64,000 nt of DNA, from contig DATAON010000030.1 in NCBI GenBank assembly GCA_036265715.1, positions 7,593-71,592 on the forward strand, written 5' to 3'. Below the pieces are notes generated by a model. It did no database searches. It was given only the letters and a program-made list of their open reading frames with translations, and was not told the origin of the DNA. Below are positions 28,190 to 38,165 of the stretch, one piece after another. The DNA comes from Solirubrobacterales bacterium (GTDB lineage: Bacteria; Actinomycetota; Thermoleophilia; Solirubrobacterales; 70-9). Each line of letters begins with the position of its first letter. Position 1 is the first letter of the stretch. Both the position numbers and the translations under genes were made by a program.

Positions 28190-30924
28190 CCGAGGGGCGC
28201 CCCCAGTTCGATCCCGAGGAGCGGATCGAACTGCTCCTGCGCGACCTGCGGACCACGCGCAACGGACTCTCCGGGAGAGAGGCCGAGCGCCGGCTGCTGA
28301 GCCACGGCCCAAACCAGCTCGAGCGCCGCGGCGGGCAGCGCTGGCCAGGACAGCTCGCTCGGCAGTTCACCCATCCGCTCGCCCTGCTGCTCTGGGGGGC
28401 CGCCGCGTTGGCGGCTATCGCCGGGATCACCCCGGTGGCGATAGCGGTGGTGATCGTGATCGTCCTCAACGCAGGCTTCGCCTTCGTGCAGGAGCGACAG
28501 GCCGAGCGCGCGGTCGAGGCGCTGCAGGGCTACCTGCCCCCGAAGGCCGAGGTGATCCGCGACGGCTGCCGGGTCACGATCGACGCGGTCGACCTTGTTC
28601 CCGGTGACCTTCTGATGATCTCCGAGGGAGGGCGGATCTCCGCCGACGCCCACATCCTCGAAGGCACGATCGACGTCGACCTGTCCACTCTGACCGGCGA
28701 GTCGGTGCCCGTCTCGCGCTCACCGCAAGCCGCCGAGGCCCACACGCCACTGCTGGCGGCCCACGAGCTCGTCTTCAGCGGCACCAACTGCACCGGGGGT
28801 GAGGCCAGGGCGCTGGTCTACGCAACCGGCATGGCAACCGAGCTCGGCCGGATCGCCGCCCTCTCCCAGCGAGTCGAGGTGGAAGAGAGCCCGCTCGAGC
28901 GCCAGGTGCGCCGCGTCGCCTGGCTGATCGCCGGCGTCGCGATCGTGATGGGGATCGCCTTCATCCCCCTGGCGACGTTCGCGGCAGGCCTCTCGGTCTC
29001 CGACTCGCTGGTCCTCGCAATCGGGCTGATCGTCGGCAACGTCCCCGAGGGTCTCTTGCCGGTGATCACGCTGGCGCTGGCGGGTGGAGTCGCCTCGCTG
29101 GTCAAGCGCGGCGCGGTGGTCAAGCGATTGAGCGCGGTCGAGACCCTGGGCTCGACCGACGTGATCGCCACCGACAAGACCGGGACCCTGACCGAGAACC
29201 GGATGAAGACGACGGGGATCTGGAGCGCCGGACGGGCGATCGACCTCGAGGACGGCGGCCCCCCCACGATCCAAGACTCCCCCCTGCTCGACCTCGCAGT
29301 CGCGATGGCCGCCTGCAACAACGCGCGCGACGGCAGGGACGGAGAGCTTCTCGGCGACCCGACCGAGACCGCGATGCTGGGGACGGCGCGGACGCTCGGC
29401 GCCGACGCCGGGCACAGGCAGGGGCGCGTGGCGGAGTTTCGCTTCGACCCGGCGCTGAAGCGGATGTCGACGATCGACTCCGAGGCAGGGCGCCTTTGGG
29501 TGAACACGAAGGGCGCCCCGGAGTCGATCCTCGAGATCTGCGATCGCCTCATGACGCGCGAGGGCACCACCGATCTCGACCAAAGCCGGCTGGCCGAGGT
29601 GCAGGCGGCCGTCGATGCCTACGCAGACGAGGGCCTCCGCGTCCTTGCCGTCGCTCGCCGCGAGATCGAGAGCGCCGGAACCACCCGCGAGCAGGCCGAG
29701 CAGGGGCTGACCCTGCTCGGGTTGGTGGCGATGCACGACCCGCCGCGGGCGGAGGTGGCACAGGCGGTAGCGCAATGCCACCAGGCCGGGATCCGGATCA
29801 TCGTCATCACCGGAGACCACCCGCGAACCGCCGTCGCGATTGCTCGCAAGATCGGGATCGCGCGCAGTGGAGGCCCGACCGTGATCGCTGAGGATGAGCT
29901 GGAGCGGATGAGCGACGCCCAACTCGACGTTGCGCTTCGCGACGGCGGAGAGATGATCTTCGCCCGCTCGACGCCGGAGGCAAAGCTGCGGATCGCCGAC
30001 GCCCTGCGCGCCCAGAGCCACACGGTGGCGATGACCGGCGACGGAGTCAACGACGCACCGGCGCTGCGCACCGCCGACATCGGCGTCGCGATGGGGCGCT
30101 CAGGGACCGACGTCGCCCGCGAGGCATCGACGATGGTCCTCACCGATGACAACTTCGCCACGATCGTCTCCGCGATCGCGGCGGGCCGGCGGATCTACGA
30201 CAACATCCGCAAGTTCATCCTCTACATCTTCGCCCACCTGACTCCCGAGCTGGCGCCGTTCATCGTCTTCGGATTCGGCGGCGGCGCGATCCCCCTGCCA
30301 CTGACGGTGCTGCAGCTGCTTGCCGTCGACGTCGGCACCGAGACGCTGCCGGCACTTGCGCTTGGGCGCGAGAAGGCTGAGCCGGGAATCATGCGGCGCC
30401 CACCGCGCCCGCGTTCGCAGAGCATCATCACCCGCTCGATGCTCGTCCGCGCCTGGCTCTTCCTCGGGCTGATCTCGGCGGCCTTGGGCATGGGCGCCTT
30501 CTTCTACGTTCTGACCCGCTCGGGGTGGCGCCCGGGTGAGCCCACCGGCGCCGGTAGCCCCTTGCATCACGCCTACCAACAGGCGACCACGATGACCTTC
30601 CTCAGCATGGTCGCTTGTCAGGTCGGCACCGCCTTCGCCGCTCGCACCGAGCACGCCTCACTGCGCTCGATCGGCGTCTTCAGCAACCCGTTGCTGCTCT
30701 GGGGCGTGGCCTTCGAGCTCGCGTTGGCGGCGCTGCTGATCTACGTGCCCGTCTGCCAGGAGCTGCTCGGCACCGCCGCCCTGCCGGCGGAGGACATCCT
30801 CTTGGTTGTGCCCTTCCCGTTCATCGTCTGGGGCGCCGATGAGCTGCGGCGTTGGTCGATCAGGCGGGGCGAGCGGAAACCTGCGTCCCCGCCTCACCGC
30901 GAACTATCGCGACTGCATCCTTGA
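28186..30924 (+). CDS. Cation-transporting P-type ATPase (type II, CtpF/Ca-ATPase-like); start codon unresolved
   Basis: [38 protein letters not shown]. The conserved Cation_ATPase_N region [20 protein letters not shown] is encoded in frame at 28264-28323, upstream of the track start (TTG 28408). Provisional start is CTG 28186. Confidence 0.85.
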   Translation: MTEGRPQFDPEERIELLLRDLRTTRNGLSGREAERRLLSHGPNQLERRGGQRWPGQLARQFTHPLALLLWGAAALAAIAGITPVAIAVVIVIVLNAGFAFVQERQAERAVEALQGYLPPKAEVIRDGCRVTIDAVDLVPGDLLMISEGGRISADAHILEGTIDVDLSTLTGESVPVSRSPQAAEAHTPLLAAHELVFSGTNCTGGEARALVYATGMATELGRIAALSQRVEVEESPLERQVRRVAWLIAGVAIVMGIAFIPLATFAAGLSVSDSLVLAIGLIVGNVPEGLLPVITLALAGGVASLVKRGAVVKRLSAVETLGSTDVIATDKTGTLTENRMKTTGIWSAGRAIDLEDGGPPTIQDSPLLDLAVAMAACNNARDGRDGELLGDPTETAMLGTARTLGADAGHRQGRVAEFRFDPALKRMSTIDSEAGRLWVNTKGAPESILEICDRLMTREGTTDLDQSRLAEVQAAVDAYADEGLRVLAVARREIESAGTTREQAEQGLTLLGLVAMHDPPRAEVAQAVAQCHQAGIRIIVITGDHPRTAVAIARKIGIARSGGPTVIAEDELERMSDAQLDVALRDGGEMIFARSTPEAKLRIADALRAQSHTVAMTGDGVNDAPALRTADIGVAMGRSGTDVAREASTMVLTDDNFATIVSAIAAGRRIYDNIRKFILYIFAHLTPELAPFIVFGFGGGAIPLPLTVLQLLAVDVGTETLPALALGREKAEPGIMRRPPRPRSQSIITRSMLVRAWLFLGLISAALGMGAFFYVLTRSGWRPGEPTGAGSPLHHAYQQATTMTFLSMVACQVGTAFAARTEHASLRSIGVFSNPLLLWGVAFELALAALLIYVPVCQELLGTAALPAEDILLVVPFPFIVWGADELRRWSIRRGERKPASPPHRELSRLHP

Positions 30925-31771
30925 GCTGGCCGATCGCCGCACGACCATCGGTCGCCTCGACGAAGCGACATGCGGCCTCGACCTTAGGGCCCATTGAGCC
31001 GGCGGGGAAAGAGTGCTCGCGAAGCTCGGCCGGGCTGGTCTGGTGCAGCGGCCTGGCCCGATCGGTGCCCCAATCGAGCTGGACGGCGTCCACGTCGGTC
31101 AGCATCAGCAGCAGGTCGGCGTCCAGGCGCCGCGCGAGCAGCGAGGAGGTCAGGTCCTTGTCGACCACGGCCTCGATCCCCTTCATCGTGCCGGCCGGGC
31201 TGAGCGTGACCGGGATTCCCCCACCGCCGGCGCAGATGACCAATGTCCCGCTGTCCACCAGAAGGCGAAGGGTCCGCAGCTCGGCGATTGCGCTGGGCTC
31301 GGGCGAGGGCACGACGCGTCGACAGCCGTGACCGTCTCCAGCGACCGTCCAGCCACGCTCACTGGCGAGCAGATCAGCTTCCTCCCTCGTGTAGACAGGC
31401 CCGATCGGCTTGGTTGGCCTGGCGAAGGCGGGATCGTCGGGATCGACGACCACCTCGGTGAGGAGGGTGACGATGTCGCGCTCGGGCATCTCGTTGCGAA
31501 GAGCCACCCCAAGCATGTAGCCGACCATGCCCTCGCTCTCGGCACCGAGGACGTCGAGCGGGTAGGGATCGACCGCCGCGTAGGCGGCGTTCTGCAGGGC
31601 GAGCAGCCCGACCTGGGGCCCGTTGCCGTGGGTGACCACCAGCTCGTGCGCGGCGGCGATCGCCGCCAAGTCCCTGGCCGCGATCTCGACGTTTTCCTGC
31701 TGGGCCTCGGCGCCAGCCGGCTGGTCGCGTCGAAGGAGAGCGTTGCCGCCCAGGGCCACAAGGATCCGCAT
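30860..31771 (-). CDS. arcC: Carbamate kinase
   Basis: [14 protein letters not shown]-terminus and carbamate-kinase length and pattern. Its 3' end overlaps the ATPase 3' end by 65 nt. Confidence 0.9.
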   Translation of the reverse strand: MRILVALGGNALLRRDQPAGAEAQQENVEIAARDLAAIAAAHELVVTHGNGPQVGLLALQNAAYAAVDPYPLDVLGAESEGMVGYMLGVALRNEMPERDIVTLLTEVVVDPDDPAFARPTKPIGPVYTREEADLLASERGWTVAGDGHGCRRVVPSPEPSAIAELRTLRLLVDSGTLVICAGGGGIPVTLSPAGTMKGIEAVVDKDLTSSLLARRLDADLLLMLTDVDAVQLDWGTDRARPLHQTSPAELREHSFPAGSMGPKVEAACRFVEATDGRAAIGQLKDAVAIVRGEAGTQVSARPA

Positions 31772-31881
31772 GGTCAGTCACACGGTGACCCACCCCGCCG
31801 TCCTGGCCATCGGGAGCTATCCACAATCCGCCTTGCGGCTCAGCCGCGGAGCCTCCTGACAAACTGCGCCTTTGATGCGCG

Positions 31882-32541
31882 ATGCCGACTGACCAGGAGC
31901 AGATAACCGTCGTCTTGGCCGACGACCACAACGTGATCCGCGCCGGCCTCCGAAGCATGCTGGAAGCCGAGGCCGACCTGCGGGTGATCGGGGAGGGAGC
32001 TGATGCCACCTCAGCCGCGAACCTGGTCGAAGACCGGCGTCCGCGGGTTCTAGTCCTCGACCTGCATATGCCGGGCGCCGAGCCAAAGCAAGACATCCCC
32101 CGGCTCCGCGAAAGCGCCCCCGACACCGCGATCGTCGTGCTCACCATGCACAACGACCCACGCAGCGCTCGTGACCTGCTGCGCGCCGGGGCGGCGGGCT
32201 ACGTGCTGAAGCAGGCTGCCGATCGGCAGCTGCGCGAGGCGATCCGAACGGCCGCCGGCGGCGGCTCCTTCATCGACCCTGAGCTCGGGGCCGCTCTCGC
32301 CAAGCTGGAGGCCGACCCGCTGGAAGACCTCAGCGAGCGTGACCTGGAGCTGCTGCGCCTGGTCGCGCTGGGCCACACCAACCGCGAGATCGGCGAGCAG
32401 CTCTTCCTCAGCGTCCGGGCGATCGAGGTGAACCGATCGAAGCTGCTGGAACGACTCGGGCTCGACTCGCGGCCGGAGCTGGTTCGCTTCGCTATCGCCA
32501 ACGGCGTGATCGAGCCCGGCCCGAGCCCTGAGACGTCGTGA
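31882..32541 (+). CDS. NarL/LuxR-family response regulator
   Basis: REC domain (VVLADDHNVIRAGL, LVLDLHMPG) plus LuxR HTH (LSERDLELLRLVALGHTNREIGEQL). Confidence 0.9.
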   Translation: MPTDQEQITVVLADDHNVIRAGLRSMLEAEADLRVIGEGADATSAANLVEDRRPRVLVLDLHMPGAEPKQDIPRLRESAPDTAIVVLTMHNDPRSARDLLRAGAAGYVLKQAADRQLREAIRTAAGGGSFIDPELGAALAKLEADPLEDLSERDLELLRLVALGHTNREIGEQLFLSVRAIEVNRSKLLERLGLDSRPELVRFAIANGVIEPGPSPETS

Positions 32542-32542
32542 T

Positions 32543-34225
32543 CTAGGCGCTGCGCACCGGCAGGCTCGCGGTGATCCGCGTGCCCCGCTCGGGCTCTGAG
32601 CTGACCTCGAGCCTGCCGCCGAGCAGCGCAACGCGCTCGCGCATTCCCACCAGGCCGCGACCGCCATTGGCAAGGCTCGAATCGAACCCGGAGCCGTCGT
32701 CCTCGATCACCACGCACAGCGCGCCGTCGACCAGGCTCGCGCGCAGACAGGCCCGCCTCGCGGAGGAATGCTTGACGACGTTGTTAAGCGCCTCCTGGGC
32801 CAGGCGGTAGACGACCCGCTCCTCCTCCCCGGTCAGCTCGGCGTCAAGCTCGATCTCCGCCGTCGCGTCAAATCCCCCGCGTGATCCGCACTCCTCGACC
32901 AGAGCCTCCAGCGCACCGCTGAGGCCGAGGCGTTCCAGGGAGGCGGGACGCAGGTCGTTGATCAGGCGACTGAGCTCGTTGATCTGACCCTCGAGCCGAT
33001 CGACGGTCTGTTCGGCTGAGACGGCGATCTTCTCGGCTCGGTCCGGCGCATCGCTCTGCAGGGCCGTCGCCAAGGTGATCCGGATCGCCGCGAGCGACTG
33101 CAGGGTCTCGTCGTGCAGCTCGCGCGCCCAGCGCTGGCGCTCCTGCTCCCCGGCCTCCACCTGCTGCTGCAGGAGGTCTGACTCCACCGCCTGCGCCGTC
33201 GCCACCGCGGTCGCCGCGCTGGCGGCGAACGCCTGCAGGAGCCGCAGGTCCTCTTCGTCGAATTCGCTTCCCCCCGCTTCGCGGTCGAGCGCGAGCAGGA
33301 CGCCGACCGCGCGTTCGCGGAAGAGCAGGGGGACGACGAGCGCCGCCTCCGCCCCCAGGCGCTCCCGCACCCGCGCCTCCGAGGGCGAGGAGCCGCGCTC
33401 GAGGTGCTGAGCGACCCGCTCTTGCATCGCCGCCTGGAAGACCGAGTCCTCGACCGGGATCGTCAGCTTCTCGACCTCCGGTCCGATATGCCCGGCCTGC
33501 GCAACTACCTTCAGGCGCCCTCCTTTTCGCAGCAGGACCAACAGCGTCTTCGCCTCGACCAAGGCACGGGCCCGCTTGACGATCAGGTCGAGGACCCGTT
33601 CGACGTCGGTCTCTCCGCCGACCGCGCGGGCGATGTCCACTGCGGTCTCGGCTCGGTGCAGCGCCTGCTCGATCTCGGCCTCGCGCTCGCTCAGGGTCGT
33701 GTAGAGGCGGGCGTTCTCGATCGCGATGCCTGCCCAGACAGCGAGCGTCAGGGCCGCCTCTTCGTCTTCGCCGTCGAACTCGTCCGCTCCCTTTTTCTCG
33801 GTCATGTAGAGGTTGCCGTAGACCTCGCCCCGGATCGAGATCGGAACCCCGAGGAAGGAGCGCATCGGGGGATGCCCGGGCGGGAACCCGTAGGCGTGCG
33901 GATGCTGGTTGACGTCGCGCAGGCGCAGCGGCTCGGGGTTGGCGATCAGCTCGCCCAGGACCCCCCGCCCCCGCGGCAGGTTGCCGATGTCGCGGCGGGC
34001 CTCGTCGTCGATTCCCAGGTTGATGAAGCGCTCCAGCTCTTTGCGCTCACGGTCGAGCACACCCAGCGCCGCGTACTCGGCCCCGGTCAGCTCCCGCGCC
34101 GCCTCGACCACCGACCGCAGGACCGACTCCAGATCAAGCTCGGAGAGGAGGCCGGTGCCGACGTCGATCAGCCGGCGGGAGCGATCCTCCCCGGCGCCGC
34201 CACTAGCCCGGTTAGGAGTTTCCAT
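32543..34225 (-). CDS. GAF-GAF sensor histidine kinase (DevS/DosT-like architecture)
   Basis: Two GAF domains, HisKA_3 H-box ELHDETLQSLAAI, and HATPase_c boxes (EALNNVVKH, DDGSGF, GGRGLVGMRERV). 560 aa. Confidence 0.85.
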   Translation of the reverse strand: METPNRASGGAGEDRSRRLIDVGTGLLSELDLESVLRSVVEAARELTGAEYAALGVLDRERKELERFINLGIDDEARRDIGNLPRGRGVLGELIANPEPLRLRDVNQHPHAYGFPPGHPPMRSFLGVPISIRGEVYGNLYMTEKKGADEFDGEDEEAALTLAVWAGIAIENARLYTTLSEREAEIEQALHRAETAVDIARAVGGETDVERVLDLIVKRARALVEAKTLLVLLRKGGRLKVVAQAGHIGPEVEKLTIPVEDSVFQAAMQERVAQHLERGSSPSEARVRERLGAEAALVVPLLFRERAVGVLLALDREAGGSEFDEEDLRLLQAFAASAATAVATAQAVESDLLQQQVEAGEQERQRWARELHDETLQSLAAIRITLATALQSDAPDRAEKIAVSAEQTVDRLEGQINELSRLINDLRPASLERLGLSGALEALVEECGSRGGFDATAEIELDAELTGEEERVVYRLAQEALNNVVKHSSARRACLRASLVDGALCVVIEDDGSGFDSSLANGGRGLVGMRERVALLGGRLEVSSEPERGTRITASLPVRSA

Positions 34226-34231
34226 CCTTTG

Positions 34232-34237
34232 ACTATC
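34232..34237 (-). promoter_or_regulatory. -10-like GATAGT, 6 nt upstream of ATG 34225 (kinase)
   Basis: The minus strand reads GATAGT-caaagg-ATG in an AT-rich 42-nt spacer. Confidence 0.35.
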
Positions 34238-34267
34238 TCAGTTTGCGCTGAAAAAAAGTGAACATCG

Positions 34268-35059
34268 CTAAGCGGAAATATCACGGCGGTCGAACAGCCA
34301 GGCGCCGAGCCAGGCAAGCAGCGCAGCGGCAACGACGACGCCAGCAAACGCGAGTGGGTCGATCCCATCTTCGATCGCGTTTCCGTAGTACTTGAACACC
34401 GAGGCATAGCGAACTCCGGAGAGACCCGGATCGAGCTTGCCGATCAGGTCGATCACATACATCGAGACCAAGACTCCGGCAACCGCCCCGGTGACGATCG
34501 TGGTCCGCAGCGTGCAACCGCAGACGACGACACCCAGGCCGGCGAAGAGCAGGGCCAGCGGCCAGACGCTTGCGAAGCCCGCGGCCGCCGGCGCAGGCGC
34601 AAGGCCGGCGCCGGAGATGACGCTGCCCAGCATCGTCAACGCCCAGCTGACCGCCAGCACGGCGGCTAACTCGAGCGCGGTTGCGAGGAAGCCAGCGGCG
34701 CAGAGCCGCTGGCGCGAGACGGGGGCAGAGAGCACCACGTCGAGCCGGCCGCTTTCCGCGGCGCCCGCGAGGCCGCTCGCCACCGCGCGCACCGCCAGAT
34801 AGCCGGCCGCAAGCGGCACGATCAGGCTCAGCATCTCAGCGTGCAGGTACTGCTCGACGTTGGACAGCTCACCGATCCCAAAGGCTTCCTTCAGCCCGGA
34901 GGGATAGCCCTGGACCGCTTTCGAGAGGGCACTTTCGACCGAAGGGAAGATGGCGACGATGAAGGCCGACATCAGCCCGATCGGCAGGCCCCAGGCCAGC
35001 ACCGAGCGGCGGCGGTCGTGGAGATGGGCCGCAACCAGGGCGCGGAGCTGAGCGCTCAC
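34268..35059 (-). CDS. ABC-2 family transporter permease
   Basis: Multi-TM protein. Start set at GTG 35059 (residue 103 of the track ORF), giving a GTGA overlap with the ATPase stop. Confidence 0.75.
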   Translation of the reverse strand: MSAQLRALVAAHLHDRRRSVLAWGLPIGLMSAFIVAIFPSVESALSKAVQGYPSGLKEAFGIGELSNVEQYLHAEMLSLIVPLAAGYLAVRAVASGLAGAAESGRLDVVLSAPVSRQRLCAAGFLATALELAAVLAVSWALTMLGSVISGAGLAPAPAAAGFASVWPLALLFAGLGVVVCGCTLRTTIVTGAVAGVLVSMYVIDLIGKLDPGLSGVRYASVFKYYGNAIEDGIDPLAFAGVVVAAALLAWLGAWLFDRRDISA

Positions 35060-35958
35060 GCCTGCTCCTTCTCCCGGTAGTAGGCCAAGAAGACCTCCTC
35101 CAGGCTCGGATGCACGGCCTCCAGGTCGAGGACATGGCCTGGGGCAAGCGCCTTGATCACCGGGTCGATATCGCCCGCGACCGTGAAGCTCGCCCGGTCG
35201 CCTTCGATCCGCAGGCCCTCGACTGCGGGTAGCCCTCGAAGGCTCTCGAGGCCGTCGGGGTCGGCCAGCCGCACCGTGACTTTGCGGCGGGCCTTGCCAA
35301 GCAGGTCGTCCATGCGCTCGACGGCGATCAGCTTTCCCTCGCGGACGATGCCGACCCGGCCGCAAACGCGCTGGACCTCGTCAAGCTCGTGCGAGGAGAT
35401 GAAGACCGCGCAGCCCCGTTCGCGCTCCTCGGCGACGAGGGCGAGGAACTCCTGCTGCATCAGCGGGTCGAGGCCGCCGGTCGGCTCGTCGAGGATCAGC
35501 AGCTCCGGCTCGTGGAAGGTCGCGAGAATCAGCCCGACCTTCTGGCGGTTGCCGCGCGAGAGATGGCCCAGGGGCCGGTCGAGGTCAGCGTGAAAGCGCC
35601 GGGCCAGCTCCTCGGCGCGGCCGCACCCGTCGATGCCGCGCAGCTTCGCCAGCAGCGCCAGCGCCTCGCGCCCACTGCTTTGGCGGCCGTAGCCGAAGTC
35701 CCCGGGCAGATTGCCGAGCCGGGCGCGGATCGCGACGCTCTCGCGCCGACTGTCGAGCCCGAACAGCCGGGCGCTTCCCCTGCTCGGGTGGATCAGGTCG
35801 AGCAAAGTCCTGATCGTGGTCGTCTTGCCGGCGCCGTTGGGGCCGAGAAAGCCGAACACCTCTCCCGCCGCCACGCTGAAGGTGACGTCCTCGATCCCCC
35901 GGTCGCTGCCGTAGAGCTTGGTCAGCCCGTCGGTCTCGATCGCGGGTGCCGCACTCAC
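35056..35958 (-). CDS. ABC transporter ATP-binding protein
   Basis: GPNGAGKTT, LSRGNRQKVGL, LLILDEPTGGLD. Confidence 0.9.
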   Translation of the reverse strand: MSAAPAIETDGLTKLYGSDRGIEDVTFSVAAGEVFGFLGPNGAGKTTTIRTLLDLIHPSRGSARLFGLDSRRESVAIRARLGNLPGDFGYGRQSSGREALALLAKLRGIDGCGRAEELARRFHADLDRPLGHLSRGNRQKVGLILATFHEPELLILDEPTGGLDPLMQQEFLALVAEERERGCAVFISSHELDEVQRVCGRVGIVREGKLIAVERMDDLLGKARRKVTVRLADPDGLESLRGLPAVEGLRIEGDRASFTVAGDIDPVIKALAPGHVLDLEAVHPSLEEVFLAYYREKEQA

Positions 35959-37313
35959 GATCGCGACCGCCTACGTTTCGGGTCGTGGATTCCAAGCACG
36001 ATGGCGATTATCTCCCGCCGCCCACCGAGGCCCGCCGCCCTCCCGGCCGCCACCTCCACTGGCATCTCACCCGGCGCCGACAGGCGTTGCTGCGCACCGG
36101 TGGCTTGGCGGCCCTGCTGGCGGTGGTCGGGCCAGGCGTCCTCGCCGGCCTCTCCGACGACGACCCGGCCGGGATAACCACCTACTCGATCCTCGGCGCC
36201 AAGTACGGCTACGAGCTGATTTGGGTCCTCGTCCTCTCGACCGCGGCGCTGATCGTCTTCCACGAGCTTGGAGTCCGGCTCGGCATCGTCACCGGCAAGG
36301 GGCTGCTGACGCTGGTGCGTGAGCACTTCGGCCCGCGCGCCGCCGGCCTCGTCCTCGCCTCTCTGGTGATCGCGAATACGGGCACGCTCTGCGCCGAGTT
36401 CGCCGGGGTCGCCGCAGGGATGGACCTGGTCGCCGGCACCAGCCGCTACATCAGCGTTCCGCTGGCGGCGATCGGGGTCTCGGTCTTGGTCCTGCGCGGC
36501 AGCTTCCGCCGCATCGAGCACTTCCTGCTGGCGCTCAGCTCCGTCTTCGTCGCCTACGTGATCTCCGGCTTCCTCGCCCACCCCGACTGGGGCGCCGCGG
36601 CGAAGGGCGCCGCCGTCCCGAGCATCCCGCTCAACCGCGACGCGGTGCTGGTCGCGGTCGCGACGGTCGGGACGACCCTGGCGCCCTGGGGTCTCGCCTT
36701 CATCCAGTCCTACGCGGTCGACAAGAAGCTGACCGTCAAGGACCTGCGCTACGAGCGGGTCGACGTGATCGTCGGCGCGGTGCTGACCGGCGTCATCGGC
36801 CTCTTCGTCGTCGTCGCCTGTGCGGCGACGCTGAACGCGGCCGGGATCGAGATCAACGAGGCCCGCGATGCCGCCACCGCGCTGGAGCCGCTGGCGGGAT
36901 CTGCCGCAGCGACGCTCTTCGGCCTCGGCTTCCTCGGTGCGGCGCTGCTGGCGGCGGCGATCGTGCCCCTCTCCACCGCCTACTCGATCTCCGAGACCGC
37001 CGGGCGCAAAGCCGACCTCGACGACAGCTTCGAGGAGGCCCGCGTCTTCTACCTCAGCTTCGCCGCCGTGGTGACGATCGCCGCGGCCCTCGTCCTCATT
37101 CCGGGGGTGCCGCTGATCAAGATCCTCTTCCTCTCGCAGGCCCTCAATGCGGCCCTGCTGCTGGTGCTGCTGCCGTTCATGCGCAGGCTCGGGCGCGACC
37201 GTGAGCTGATGGGCGCCCACGCCCTCGGGGCCTGGGGCCGGGTCACGACCGGCGTGGCGCTGGCGGCGATCGTCGTCTGCGTGCTGGCCCTCGGGGTGTT
37301 GGCGATCCTCTGA
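35946..37313 (+). CDS. Nramp-related transporter with non-canonical metal site (NRMT-like)
   Basis: Nramp fold. TM1 reads GLSDDDPAGITTYS instead of DPGN, and TM6 reads GTTLAPWGLAF instead of the MPH motif. Start uncertain: the GTG at 35946 would overlap the divergent gene start, and GTG 35985 is an alternative. Confidence 0.75.
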   Translation: MPHSRSRPPTFRVVDSKHDGDYLPPPTEARRPPGRHLHWHLTRRRQALLRTGGLAALLAVVGPGVLAGLSDDDPAGITTYSILGAKYGYELIWVLVLSTAALIVFHELGVRLGIVTGKGLLTLVREHFGPRAAGLVLASLVIANTGTLCAEFAGVAAGMDLVAGTSRYISVPLAAIGVSVLVLRGSFRRIEHFLLALSSVFVAYVISGFLAHPDWGAAAKGAAVPSIPLNRDAVLVAVATVGTTLAPWGLAFIQSYAVDKKLTVKDLRYERVDVIVGAVLTGVIGLFVVVACAATLNAAGIEINEARDAATALEPLAGSAAATLFGLGFLGAALLAAAIVPLSTAYSISETAGRKADLDDSFEEARVFYLSFAAVVTIAAALVLIPGVPLIKILFLSQALNAALLLVLLPFMRRLGRDRELMGAHALGAWGRVTTGVALAAIVVCVLALGVLAIL

Positions 37314-37315
37314 GC

Positions 37316-38056
37316 TCATACGCCGAGGACCAGGCTCAAGGCCAACATCAGCGCGGCCCCCGCCGCAACACCCACGCTGGGGGCGACGCGCGCCGGGCCC
37401 TCGTAGGCCCTGGGCAGCATCTCGACCACGATCAACGCCAGCATCGCGCCCGCGGCGAAGGCGAAGGAGACCGGCAGCAGGCCACTGACCTCTTCCACGG
37501 CGAAGAAGGCGATCAGCGCCCCGACCGGCTGCGGCGCGCTGGTCGCGACGGCGGCCCAGAACTGCCGGGCGCGCCCGAACCCCGCCTCCTGCATCGGTAT
37601 CGCGACGCTGGTCCCCTCGGGGATGTTCTGGATCGCGATTGCGAGGATCACGAACAGGCTCAACCCGGCGCGGTCTGAGGCGAAGGCGGTCCCGACGGCA
37701 AAGCCCTCGGGGAGGCTGTGGACGAAGAGGACGAGGAAGACCAGGGCCGAGGTCCTCGCGCCGGGGCCGGTTCGACCCAGGAAGCCGGCGTCCGCGCTGA
37801 AACGGCCGCGAGCCCAGACCAGGAAGCCGATGCCAACCAAGAGGCCGACGAGGACCTCTGCTGGCGAGCCTTCTTCCACCGCCGGAGCCAGCAGCCCGAC
37901 CACGGCCGCGACCCCCATCACCCCGCTGGCAATGCCGAGCAGGAACGGGGTAAGAGCCTTGGCGCGCGAGCCGAGCACAAAGACGGGGATCGCCCCCAGG
38001 CCGGTGGCAAGCGCCGTTCCGCAGGCGGCGAGCAACAAGATCACGACCTCTGGCAT
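37316..38056 (-). CDS. ZIP-family metal transporter
   Basis: HSLPEGFAVG and IQNIPEGTSVA blocks. 8-TM size. Confidence 0.8.
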   Translation of the reverse strand: MPEVVILLLAACGTALATGLGAIPVFVLGSRAKALTPFLLGIASGVMGVAAVVGLLAPAVEEGSPAEVLVGLLVGIGFLVWARGRFSADAGFLGRTGPGARTSALVFLVLFVHSLPEGFAVGTAFASDRAGLSLFVILAIAIQNIPEGTSVAIPMQEAGFGRARQFWAAVATSAPQPVGALIAFFAVEEVSGLLPVSFAFAAGAMLALIVVEMLPRAYEGPARVAPSVGVAAGAALMLALSLVLGV

Positions 38057-38153
38057 CCGTAGCCATCCTGAACTGTGGATCGGCGTCGGGCATCGGGGCC
38101 AAGCCAGAGCCCTGATGTGGGGAATTGCGGATGGCGCAGGGCACCGTCGAGCC

Positions 38154-38159
38154 TAGGTT
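38154..38159 (+). promoter_or_regulatory. -10-like TAGGTT, 6 nt upstream of ATG 38166 (USP)
   Basis: TANNNT. Part of the block CGAGCCTAGGTT, which is shared with 20674-20685. Confidence 0.4.
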
Positions 38160-38165
38160 GATCCG

